From the NCBI GenBank assembly GCA_903894565.1, contig CAITQP010000005.1:28971-92970 (forward strand): a stretch of DNA of 64,000 nucleotides. Direction: 5' to 3'. The translations under genes were made by a program, and so were the position numbers. Every line of letters begins with the position of its first letter. Position 1 is the stretch's first letter. The DNA is from an uncultured bacterium. Its GTDB lineage: Bacteria > Patescibacteriota > Minisyncoccia > Phycocordibacterales > UBA9973. Of the stretch, positions 1-8,415 are shown one piece after another. The notes under the pieces were generated by a model, which saw nothing but the letters and a program-made list of their open reading frames with translations, had not been told where the DNA came from and did not search any database.

Positions 1-164
1 TCTGGGAAACAACAATGGATCCTGCTCGTCGTATTTTGCGACAAGTCGCGATCGAAGACGGAGCTGAAGCAGATCGTGTATTTGATATGCTCATGGGCTC
101 CGATGTCGCTCCACGCAAATCGTTTATTCAGACATACGCTCATACTGCAGATATCGACATCTAA
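1..164 (+). CDS. gyrB: DNA gyrase subunit B, C-terminal end (5' truncated by the window edge)
   Basis: Frame from nt 3 translates to ...[48 protein letters not shown], matching the conserved GyrB C-terminus (LMGD.VEPRR.FIE.NA...DI). Stop TAA at 162-164. Confidence 0.7.
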   Translation, partial: WETTMDPARRILRQVAIEDGAEADRVFDMLMGSDVAPRKSFIQTYAHTADIDI

Positions 165-421
165 TGACTATACAGTTTCTCACGGAGACGGCAGGATGGA
201 TTGGTACAGGGCTTGTTGTGCTCGCATATGTATTGGTATCGACCAAGCGAGTACAAGGTTCAAGTACTTCATATCAATTACTTAATCTTTTTGGATCGAT
301 TGGTGTTGGTGCGAATGTGCTCTATCAACACGCAATTCCGTCGCTTGTACTTCAAGCGATCTGGGCATGCATTGCCGTGTTTACTCTTTCAAAGGCAATT
401 CTGGCAAAAATCATTAGATAA
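164..421 (+). CDS. Small (85 aa) two-helix membrane protein, possibly LAB_N-like; function unknown
   Basis: ATG overlaps the gyrB stop (TAATG). Hydrophobic segments LVVLAYVLV and IWACIAVFTL. Followed by a strong hairpin terminator. Confidence 0.45.
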   Translation: MTIQFLTETAGWIGTGLVVLAYVLVSTKRVQGSSTSYQLLNLFGSIGVGANVLYQHAIPSLVLQAIWACIAVFTLSKAILAKIIR

Positions 422-477
422 AAATACGCACAAAAAAACACGGAGGGTCATCCTTCGTGTTTTTTTGTGCGTATTTT
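421..477. terminator. Bidirectional intrinsic terminator: 22-bp perfect inverted repeat with A-tract and T-tract
   Basis: AAAATACGCACAAAAAAACACG (421-442) / loop / CGTGTTTTTTTGTGCGTATTTT (456-477). Lies between the convergent small ORF (+) and thrS (-). Confidence 0.65.
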
Positions 478-483
478 ATTTTG

Positions 484-2232
484 TTAGTTTAACGTCCTTT
501 CTTCAATTTCTTTTTCGAGGCGTGCTACAAATTCTTCAGGAGAGATATTTTCGATTTTTTCTGCGCGGGTCTCGACGGTGAGTACATTTGCATCGCGTTC
601 TTTGTCTCCAATAACAATGACGTAGGGAGTCTTCATGTTCTTGGCTTCGCGGATGCGCTTGCCCATTGAGTCCTTGCCATCATCGAGTTTTACGCGAATG
701 TTTTTTGCTTTCAACATTGCGTAAACTTTGTTTGCATATTCCTCATGAACATCTTTGATCGGCACGATGACGACTTGTGTTGGCGAAAGCCAAACAGGGA
801 AATTCCCAGCGAGGTGCTCGATGAGTGTACTCATAAAGCGTTCGATTGATCCCATGATGGCTGCGTGGATCATCACAACTTGTTCCTTTTCACCTTTTTC
901 ATTGATACAGGTGAGTTTGAAATTCTTTGGCTGATTGAAATCGAGCTGGATTGTGGCGACTTGGAGTACTCGTCCGATTGAGTCGCGAGAAATGAAGTCA
1001 ATTTTTGGTCCATAGAATGCTGCCTCACCAATACCATCAATCCATGTCACGTTGCGTGATTCCATGAGTTTTTGGAGCGCGTCCTCAGCTTTTTTCCAGA
1101 CGTCTGCGCCTCCGAGGTATTTTTCTGGTGTTGCTGGGTCGTGGCGAGAAAAGCGTACTTGGAGTTTAAACCCAAACGTATTGTAGAATGTTTCGATGAT
1201 GTCCCAGATGGCGAGTGCTTCTTGTTCAATCTGAATTTCACGACAGAATACGTGTGCGTCATCTTGGGTGATTGAGAGCACGCGTGAGAGTCCTGAGAGC
1301 TCACCAGACTGTTCGTCACGGTAGACCATCGTAGTCTCAGCATAACGCTGAGGCATATCACGGTAACTGCGAAGTTCGCTATCAAAAATTTGTGTATGAT
1401 GCGGACAGTTCATTGGCTTCATCGCGTAGAGGTGATCTTCGCGTGTATGAATCTTGAAGAGGTCATCGGCGTATTTTGCCCAATGGCCACTTGTTTCATA
1501 GAGTTCTTTTTTTGTGATGTGTGGAATTGTAACTTTTTCATATCCACGATCTTTACGAAGACTCCAGACATAGTCATTGAGTGCTTCACGGATCAGTGTG
1601 CCACGTGGGGTCCAAAGAGGGAGTCCTGGACCAACGAGTTCGGAGAATACGAAGAGGCCAAGCTCTTTGCCGAGTTTGCGGTGGTCTCGTTTCTTGGCTT
1701 CTTCTTGTTGTGTGATGTATGCGTCGAGTTCCTCTTTGGTGCTAAAAGCAAGACCATAAATGCGAGTGAGCATTTTGTTTTTCTCATCACCACGCCAATA
1801 TGCACCAGCAACGTGATCGAGTTTGAATGCATCAGCGGAAATTTCTTGACTTGGATTTTCTGAGTGACCTCCACGACAAAGGTCTTCAAAACCGCCACAG
1901 GTATAGAGTGTAATTTTCTCACCACGTCCGGCAATCTCTTCTATAAGTTCAAGTTTGTATTCGTTGCCGGCGAAGACTGTGCGTGCTTCCTCCGGACTTA
2001 CTTCGCGGTGCGTAAAAGCTGTCCATTTTGAAAGATTTTTTCGCATGGATTTTTGGAGATCTTTGAGGTTTTCGTCACTTACTTTATCATTGCCAAAATC
2101 GATGTCGTAATAGAAACCATTGTCGACAGCGGGTCCGAGAGTCAATTTTGCGCTTGGATATTGGTCTTTTACCGCTTGGGCGAGTAGGTGCGCAAGTGTA
2201 TGGCGGGCATGGGCGAGTTGTTCTTGGTTCAT
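484..2232 (-). CDS. thrS: Threonyl-tRNA synthetase (lacks N-terminal TGS/N1 domain)
   Basis: 582 aa with class II aaRS motifs and a ThrRS catalytic plus anticodon-binding region. Stop TAA. Confidence 0.9.
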   Translation of the reverse strand: MNQEQLAHARHTLAHLLAQAVKDQYPSAKLTLGPAVDNGFYYDIDFGNDKVSDENLKDLQKSMRKNLSKWTAFTHREVSPEEARTVFAGNEYKLELIEEIAGRGEKITLYTCGGFEDLCRGGHSENPSQEISADAFKLDHVAGAYWRGDEKNKMLTRIYGLAFSTKEELDAYITQQEEAKKRDHRKLGKELGLFVFSELVGPGLPLWTPRGTLIREALNDYVWSLRKDRGYEKVTIPHITKKELYETSGHWAKYADDLFKIHTREDHLYAMKPMNCPHHTQIFDSELRSYRDMPQRYAETTMVYRDEQSGELSGLSRVLSITQDDAHVFCREIQIEQEALAIWDIIETFYNTFGFKLQVRFSRHDPATPEKYLGGADVWKKAEDALQKLMESRNVTWIDGIGEAAFYGPKIDFISRDSIGRVLQVATIQLDFNQPKNFKLTCINEKGEKEQVVMIHAAIMGSIERFMSTLIEHLAGNFPVWLSPTQVVIVPIKDVHEEYANKVYAMLKAKNIRVKLDDGKDSMGKRIREAKNMKTPYVIVIGDKERDANVLTVETRAEKIENISPEEFVARLEKEIEERTLN

Positions 2233-2480
2233 ACTGAAATCCTAGCACGCTATAGGCTTTGGGAAAAGGTGTTGCGGATAATTCGAATAGGGGTATAGTG
2301 ATTCAAAACTTGCCACATGGAGATTCTTCAGAACGTTTTAATTATATGGCTTTGCTTTAATGGCACATTGATAGTGTGCGCTTTAGTAAGCTATGGAGTT
2401 TTTGTTGAAAAATAAAGGACTCCGCTCTATATCATCTTAACCTCGAAAGCGTAGAAATACGTGAGTAGAGGTTTTGTTTT

Positions 2481-5400
2481 TTATACAGCCTTGGCTTTTT
2501 CGATAACGAGACTCTTTTCGCCGTTGCGCTCGCTCACGCGAGCTTGTACTGCAACGACCGTATCAACCAAAAGAATATTTTGTAGTTCCGCGAACGCTTT
2601 GGTGAAGAGGACACCTTCAATTGAGCTTGTGAGATCGCCGACTTTGATGAATGCCATTTGTTCATTCTTCTTTGTGAAGATAACTTTCACCTCTTCGACG
2701 ATACAGGCGAACGTGACAGGGAAGCCAGGCTTCACTTCGTCGCGAATTTTCTTGATGGTCATGCCACTTTTTTCGATGCGATCACGGATGCGTTCGAGTG
2801 GATGTCCGGATACATACAATCCGAGCAATTCTTTTTCCCATTTCAATTTTTCAATTGTTTCAGCTTTTGGAGCTGGTGCGAGGGTGAGCGAGAGCGATTG
2901 AGTGGGGAGATCTCCAAACAGTGAGACTTGTGATCCAATATTTTGACGTTCTTTGTTGTATGCGAGCATGATTTCCATGTTGGCGAGCAGTTGTCCTCGT
3001 TCGCCGAAATGATCGAAGGCTCCGGCTTTGATGAGCGCCTCCATTGATTTCTTGTTGAGATTTTTGTGTGTGATGCGTTCGAGGAATTCAGTTACCGATT
3101 TGAAATCGCCACGCAGTCTGCGTTCTTCGATGATGGCGTTTGCGATATCTGCACCGAAGTTTTTGATGGTAAGCAAGCCGAAACGAATGATGCCTTCACC
3201 GGAGACATTTGAATTGTTGACCACAGTGAAGTCGGCGAAGCTCGCATTGATTTCTGGAGGGAGAACAGTGATGCCCATTTTGACGGCCTCGTTGATTATT
3301 TCGGCGACCTTCTCTGTGTCACCTGACTCGGCCGTCAAAATCGCACACAAATATTCCACAGGGAAATTCGCCTTCATATACGCCGTCTGATATGCCACGC
3401 GTCCATACGAAGCGGCGTGCGCCTTGTTGAATCCGTACGCTGCGAATGGTTCGATGAGAGCCCAGAGTTCCTGTGCTTTTTTTTCTGTGAGACCGTGCTC
3501 AACAAAACCTTCGAGCAAATGTTTTTTCTGCGCTTCCATTTCGGCTGGAATTTTTTTCCCCATTGCCTTACGGAGTTTGTCGGCTTCAAGCCATGAATAT
3601 CCGGCGAGCTTAATCGCAATCATCATGACGTCGTCCTGATACGTGATGACTCCGTATGATTGATCGAGAATATCTTTCATTCGTGGATCGAGATATCGCA
3701 CGAGTGATGGATTTTCTTTACGTTCAATATATTGTGGAATCATTTCCATCGGACCTGGGCGATACAGTGCGACCATGGCATTGATGTCGTGAATCGTTGT
3801 TGGTTTGAGTTGCTTGAGGTATGCAGTCATACCCGAGCCATTGAGCTGGAAGAGCCCCATCGTTTCTCCACGTGCGAGGATTTCAAATGTGCGTGCATCT
3901 TCGAGGGGAACTTTGTCGAGGTTCACATCAATATCACGAAGCTCCTTTACGAGACGCACAGCATCAGCGAGAATGGCAAGGTTGCGAATACCGAGGAAGT
4001 CGAATTTTGGCAGGCCCACATCTTCGATGTAGTGCATGTCATATTGAGTGATGATTGAACCACCTTTTGGATCAAACTGCACAGGTGCAAATTCGTAGAG
4101 TGGTTTTGGCGCGATAACGACACCTGCAGCATGAACAGACACGTGGCGTACACAGCCTTCGAGTTTGAGGGCGAGATCGATGATGTGCTTGGTGTCAGCT
4201 TCTTTTTTGTATGCATCAGCAAGTTCTGGAATGAGTTCCATCGCGTGCGTAATTGTCATAGGGAATCCCTGCGAGCCCATTGGAATGAGAGCCGAAATTC
4301 GGTCGCCAATCGCATACGGATATCCGAGTGCGCGGGCTACGTCACGCACTGAACCTTTGGCCATCATCGTTCCGAATGTTCCAATTTGCGCGACACGATC
4401 TTCACCATAGCGACGCTTGGCGTATTCAATCATTTCACCACGTCGGTTATCGGCGTAGTCCATATCAATATCGGGAAGCGACGGACGCTCTGGGTTGAGG
4501 AAACGTTCAAACGGAAGTTTGTATACGAGCGGATCAACGTTCGTAATTCCGATCAGATATGTCGTGAGCGATCCCGCGACCGATCCTCGAATATTTGTGA
4601 GAATACCGTTTTCACGCGCGAATTTGAGCAAGTCTCCCACGACGAGGAAGTATCCTGCGTAGCCTTTTTGTTTGATGACACTGAGCTCGTATTCGAGACG
4701 ATCGAGATATGGTTTCGTTTGTTCGAGATCGCGAAAAGCGAAACCGTCGTATGACAGTTCGCGTAATTTCATGTCCGCCGTAATTCCTTCAGGAAGGGGA
4801 AATTCAGGGAAGTAGGCGACACCGAGTTCAATCTCGTAATTCTCGCATAGGTCTGCGACTTTGGATGTGTTTGCAACAGCTTCGGGAATATCTGAAAAAT
4901 ATTCGAGCGCGGTTTTTTCATCGATGAGCGAAAAGTCGTCGTCAGGGAATTCAAATTTGCCCGTGTTGCCATCACCTTGTGTGTTGATTGCAAGGAGCGT
5001 GTGATGTGCCTCGTGGTCGTCACGACATGGATAGTGTGAGTCTTGTGTTGCGACGATAGTGACGTCGTGTTTTCGTGCAAGCTCAATGAGACGCTCGCGC
5101 ACGAGTTTGTCGTTTTCAATATGTGGATGGCTTTGTACTTCGATGAAATAATTTTCTTTGCCGAAGATGTCGAGGTGCTCGCGAACGATATCATCCGCTT
5201 TATCCATATCGTTCGCGAGCACTGCCTGCGAAAGTTCTCCGCCGAGACACGCCGAAAGACACACGATACCTTCGTGATATTTTCGCAAGATTTCTTTGTC
5301 CATGCGTGGCTTGTAGTAATAGCCTTCGAGGTTTGCAATCGTGACGAGACGAATGAGATTTTTGTATCCTTGCAGATTTTTGGCGAGGAGGATGAGGTGA

Positions 5401-5666
5401 TAGTAACGCTTGCCGTTACTGACCGCGACTTTGTCGAGGCGTGAGCCGGATGTGACATATGCCTCTACACCGATGATTGGTTTGATGCCTGCCTTGCGCG
5501 CAACTTTGTAGAATTCAATCGCCCCGTACATGTTTCCATGGTCAGTCAGAGCCACCGCTGTTTGGCTGTTCTTTTTTGCGATATCTACCATGTCCTCAAG
5601 TTTGGTCAGACCGTCGAGCAGGGAATAGTGCGAGTGCGTGTGGAGGTGGACGAATTTGGAGCTCAT
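2481..5666 (-). CDS. dnaE: DNA polymerase III alpha subunit
   Basis: PHP-domain start MSSKFVHLHTHSHYSLLDG at ATG 5664-5666 (the ORF track extends to TTG at 5684). ~1060 aa Pol III alpha architecture. Stop TAA. Confidence 0.9.
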   Translation of the reverse strand: MSSKFVHLHTHSHYSLLDGLTKLEDMVDIAKKNSQTAVALTDHGNMYGAIEFYKVARKAGIKPIIGVEAYVTSGSRLDKVAVSNGKRYYHLILLAKNLQGYKNLIRLVTIANLEGYYYKPRMDKEILRKYHEGIVCLSACLGGELSQAVLANDMDKADDIVREHLDIFGKENYFIEVQSHPHIENDKLVRERLIELARKHDVTIVATQDSHYPCRDDHEAHHTLLAINTQGDGNTGKFEFPDDDFSLIDEKTALEYFSDIPEAVANTSKVADLCENYEIELGVAYFPEFPLPEGITADMKLRELSYDGFAFRDLEQTKPYLDRLEYELSVIKQKGYAGYFLVVGDLLKFARENGILTNIRGSVAGSLTTYLIGITNVDPLVYKLPFERFLNPERPSLPDIDMDYADNRRGEMIEYAKRRYGEDRVAQIGTFGTMMAKGSVRDVARALGYPYAIGDRISALIPMGSQGFPMTITHAMELIPELADAYKKEADTKHIIDLALKLEGCVRHVSVHAAGVVIAPKPLYEFAPVQFDPKGGSIITQYDMHYIEDVGLPKFDFLGIRNLAILADAVRLVKELRDIDVNLDKVPLEDARTFEILARGETMGLFQLNGSGMTAYLKQLKPTTIHDINAMVALYRPGPMEMIPQYIERKENPSLVRYLDPRMKDILDQSYGVITYQDDVMMIAIKLAGYSWLEADKLRKAMGKKIPAEMEAQKKHLLEGFVEHGLTEKKAQELWALIEPFAAYGFNKAHAASYGRVAYQTAYMKANFPVEYLCAILTAESGDTEKVAEIINEAVKMGITVLPPEINASFADFTVVNNSNVSGEGIIRFGLLTIKNFGADIANAIIEERRLRGDFKSVTEFLERITHKNLNKKSMEALIKAGAFDHFGERGQLLANMEIMLAYNKERQNIGSQVSLFGDLPTQSLSLTLAPAPKAETIEKLKWEKELLGLYVSGHPLERIRDRIEKSGMTIKKIRDEVKPGFPVTFACIVEEVKVIFTKKNEQMAFIKVGDLTSSIEGVLFTKAFAELQNILLVDTVVAVQARVSERNGEKSLVIEKAKAV

Positions 5667-5774
5667 GTGCGCGTAGTATACCAACGATTGATGCCTTTAG
5701 ACAAAGATATTTTTTATTGTATAATTTTACTTTGTTTAGTTCGTTCGAAATTGTATTTGTTATATACTTACAGT

Positions 5775-6374
5775 ATGAAAGTAATCGTCGGCATCGACGA
5801 AGTCGGTCGCGGGCCACTGGCGGGGCCGGTGGCAGTTGGAGCTTTTGTTCTTCTCGAACCGACTACTGAAAAAGAAATTCAAACGTTTCGAATTCCGCTC
5901 CGTGATTCAAAACAACTTTCGCGCGCTCAGCGAGAAGAATGGTTTACTCAAATCGAATCGTGGCAGAAAGCGGGGAAGTGCGATTTCGCCGTGTCCATGG
6001 TGAGTGCTAAAGAAATCGATGCGCACGGCATTTCTCGCGCGATCAAAAAAGCACTCGCCGAAACACTTGAGACGCTTGAGTGTTCGACCGATGCACTTAT
6101 TCTCCTTGATGGTTCACTCCACGCTCCAGAACATTTTCACAATCAAATTACGATTATCAAAGGTGACGAAAAAGAACCAATTATTTCACTCGCCTCAATC
6201 GTAGCGAAGGTCACACGCGATCGATATATGACACGCTTCGCCGAACGCTACCCACACTATGGATTTGAGCGACACATGGGCTATGGTACCGCAGAGCATT
6301 ACACAGCACTGAAGAAATACGGTCTGTGTCCGATTCACCGCAAGAGCTTTTTGAAAAATATGAGTAAGGTATAG
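5775..6374 (+). CDS. rnhB: Ribonuclease HII
   Basis: MKVIVGIDEVGRGPLAGPVAVGAFVL... canonical RNase HII N-terminus. Stop TAG. Confidence 0.9.
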   Translation: MKVIVGIDEVGRGPLAGPVAVGAFVLLEPTTEKEIQTFRIPLRDSKQLSRAQREEWFTQIESWQKAGKCDFAVSMVSAKEIDAHGISRAIKKALAETLETLECSTDALILLDGSLHAPEHFHNQITIIKGDEKEPIISLASIVAKVTRDRYMTRFAERYPHYGFERHMGYGTAEHYTALKKYGLCPIHRKSFLKNMSKV

Positions 6375-6419
6375 AGACGCCCTTGCATTTTTAAAAATAT
6401 TTGCTACTATGTTCCCTGT

Positions 6420-6635
6420 ATGGTTATTCGAATGCGTCACACGCGAGCCCACACGGGCAATCGCCGAAGTCATCACGCTCTTAAAAGTGCGGCATTTTCT
6501 AAGTGTTCCCACTGTGGAACCCTTCGTCCGCCTCACACAGTGTGTGTAGCTTGTGGTTATTACCGTGGCCGCAAAGTTCTCGACGTCGTAAAGAAAGTCG
6601 AGAAAAAGCAGGCAAAGCGCAAGACCTCTAAATAA
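6420..6635 (+). CDS. rpmF: 50S ribosomal protein L32
   Basis: RMRHTRAHTGNRRSHHALK... with a CxxC...CxxC zinc ribbon, 71 aa. Confidence 0.8.
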   Translation: MVIRMRHTRAHTGNRRSHHALKSAAFSKCSHCGTLRPPHTVCVACGYYRGRKVLDVVKKVEKKQAKRKTSK

Positions 6636-6743
6636 GCATACGTTTTACGTAGTGCAGAGAGGAGAGATTTAGAAATGGGCAGAACCCGTTCTATGATTGT
6701 CTTCTCTACGTTTCGTATTTGAACGCAATAATTTTTATTTACA

Positions 6744-7661
6744 ATGGCAAATAGGCACCTTTCACGGTCAATCGTTCTCCAAACCCTCTTCGAGTGGGAT
6801 TTTAAAGGTCACCAAACAGAAGGCGTCGAAGAGATGCTTGAGCGCAATGAAGGCGAGTTTGCACCCGGAAACGAAGATTTGCAGTTCATGAAAAAGATTC
6901 TCAGCTATGTCATCGACAAGCGTGAGATTATTGATCAGATCATCGAGAAAGCTGCGCCTGAATGGCCAATTGAAAAGATTAATGCGGTTGATCGAAACAT
7001 TCTTCGTATGGGTCTTGGTGAATTGCTCTTTGGTGATCACAACGAAGTGCCACCAAAGGTTGCTATAAACGAGGCAATCGAACTCGCGAAAACATTCGGA
7101 GGTGATAGTTCGTCACGATTTGTGAACGGAGTACTTGGCGCTGTCTACAAAGAAATCGGCGAACCGGGCAAGGACCAGACATCGAAGCGTCAAAAGAAAC
7201 TCGACGAAGTAGATATTGCGAAGCTTCCTGTTGAACAAAAAGCAGGTGCTCTCATTTATGCACGCGACGGCGAGGAATTGTATTTCGCACTCGTGCATGA
7301 CATTTTTGGATACTGGACCCTTTCGAAGGGTGGCGTTGAAGGGGATGAGACAGCTGAGCAAGCTGCAATTCGTGAGATCAAAGAAGAGTGTAATCTCGAT
7401 ATTACAATCAAAGAAAAAATTGGTGAGAGTGAGTACGTCGCGTCGCATCCAGAAAAAGGCAAAATCAAAAAGCGTGTTACATTCTTCCTTGCAGAATCTC
7501 CTTACGTTCCGGTCACACTCGAAAATCATTCTGGAGGACTCGACGATGTACGATGGTTTACGCTTGCTGAAGTTGCAAGTCTCAAAATGTATGATGACGT
7601 GACTGGGTATATGGCGAATGCCATCACGACTCTCGTTGGAGACAATAGTGGTGCTGAATAA
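6744..7661 (+). CDS. nusB: NusB antitermination factor fused to a C-terminal NUDIX hydrolase domain
   Basis: N-terminal ~140 aa NusB fold (ILRMGLGELLF..., VAINEAIELAKTFGGDSSSRFVNGVLGAV). C-terminal ~140 aa with Nudix box GGVEGDETAEQAAIREIKEECNL. Continuous 305-aa ORF, stop TAA. Confidence 0.75.
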   Translation: MANRHLSRSIVLQTLFEWDFKGHQTEGVEEMLERNEGEFAPGNEDLQFMKKILSYVIDKREIIDQIIEKAAPEWPIEKINAVDRNILRMGLGELLFGDHNEVPPKVAINEAIELAKTFGGDSSSRFVNGVLGAVYKEIGEPGKDQTSKRQKKLDEVDIAKLPVEQKAGALIYARDGEELYFALVHDIFGYWTLSKGGVEGDETAEQAAIREIKEECNLDITIKEKIGESEYVASHPEKGKIKKRVTFFLAESPYVPVTLENHSGGLDDVRWFTLAEVASLKMYDDVTGYMANAITTLVGDNSGAE

Positions 7662-7687
7662 TAGACATTAATTTACGATTTACTCTT

Positions 7688-8398
7688 ATGCCTGAAAAAT
7701 TATCACGTGAATGGGAGACCTTTGAAAAGACTATTGGCGTAAGTTTTAAAAACCGCGACCTGCTTACGCAGGCGTTCATTCATCGTTCTTTTTTAAACGA
7801 GAACCCACGTACTGGTATTGAACACAACGAACGTCTCGAATTTCTTGGTGATGCAGTTCTTGAGCTTGCTGTTACTGATTATTTGTATCGAACATACCCA
7901 GAAAGTCCAGAAGGTGAGCTTACGTCATATCGCGCCGCACTCGTGAACGCAAATACGATGGCTGATTTTGCAAATGAGATCAACATGAATGAGTATTTGT
8001 TCCTTTCACGAGGAGAAGCCAAAGATACCGGCAAGGCACGTTTGTACATTCTCGCGAACGCGATTGAAGCACTCATTGGTGCACTCTACCTCGATCAGGG
8101 ATATGATGTCGCAGAGCAATTCATCGATCGATTTCTCTACAAGCGTGCTGCTGACGTGGTCAAAATGAAATTGTGGCGCGATTCGAAAAGTCTTGTGCAA
8201 GAAAAAGCTCAAGAGCACGTAAACGTGACGCCGAGCTATAAAGTCGTTCGGGAGACAGGTCCAGATCACGACAAGCATTTTACGATTGGTATTTTCTTTG
8301 GTGAAGAAAAAATTGCCGAGGGTCGAGGACACTCCAAACAGGAAGCAGAACAGGATGCTGCACGTGCAGCCCTTGTAGCAAAACACTGGCTCGATTAG
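7688..8398 (+). CDS. rnc: Ribonuclease III
   Basis: ERLEFLGDAVLEL RNase III signature plus C-terminal dsRBD. Stop TAG. Confidence 0.9.
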   Translation: MPEKLSREWETFEKTIGVSFKNRDLLTQAFIHRSFLNENPRTGIEHNERLEFLGDAVLELAVTDYLYRTYPESPEGELTSYRAALVNANTMADFANEINMNEYLFLSRGEAKDTGKARLYILANAIEALIGALYLDQGYDVAEQFIDRFLYKRAADVVKMKLWRDSKSLVQEKAQEHVNVTPSYKVVRETGPDHDKHFTIGIFFGEEKIAEGRGHSKQEAEQDAARAALVAKHWLD

Positions 8399-8415
8399 AA
8401 TAGAGGAGTCACTGT

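Noticed and set aside
2233-2480. T-box riboswitch upstream of thrS (also checked upstream of proS, 49646-49906)
   Set aside because: No T-box consensus (AATTAGGGTGGTACCGCG) or specifier-loop architecture found on either strand.
4769-5458. 229-aa ORF on the minus strand inside dnaE, and similar long antisense or alternative-frame ORFs (for example 9631-10335 in smc, 28936-29586 in rpoB, 39655-40281 in proB, 42177-42815 in GT2, 51495-52043 in mreB, 55789-56316 in uvrB, 35770-36204 in dnaG)
   Set aside because: They lie wholly inside well-supported conserved genes in other frames or on the other strand, have low-complexity Ser/Thr/Arg-rich translations, and have no start-site context. Treated as spurious shadow ORFs.
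5538-5774. Upstream extension of rnhB (ORF track start 5538) and the TTG-start extensions of rpoD (36767), mreC (52440) and dnaE (5684)
   Set aside because: The conserved N-termini begin at the internal ATGs (5775, 36779, 52458, 5666). The extensions cross promoter-like AT-rich DNA or lack conservation.
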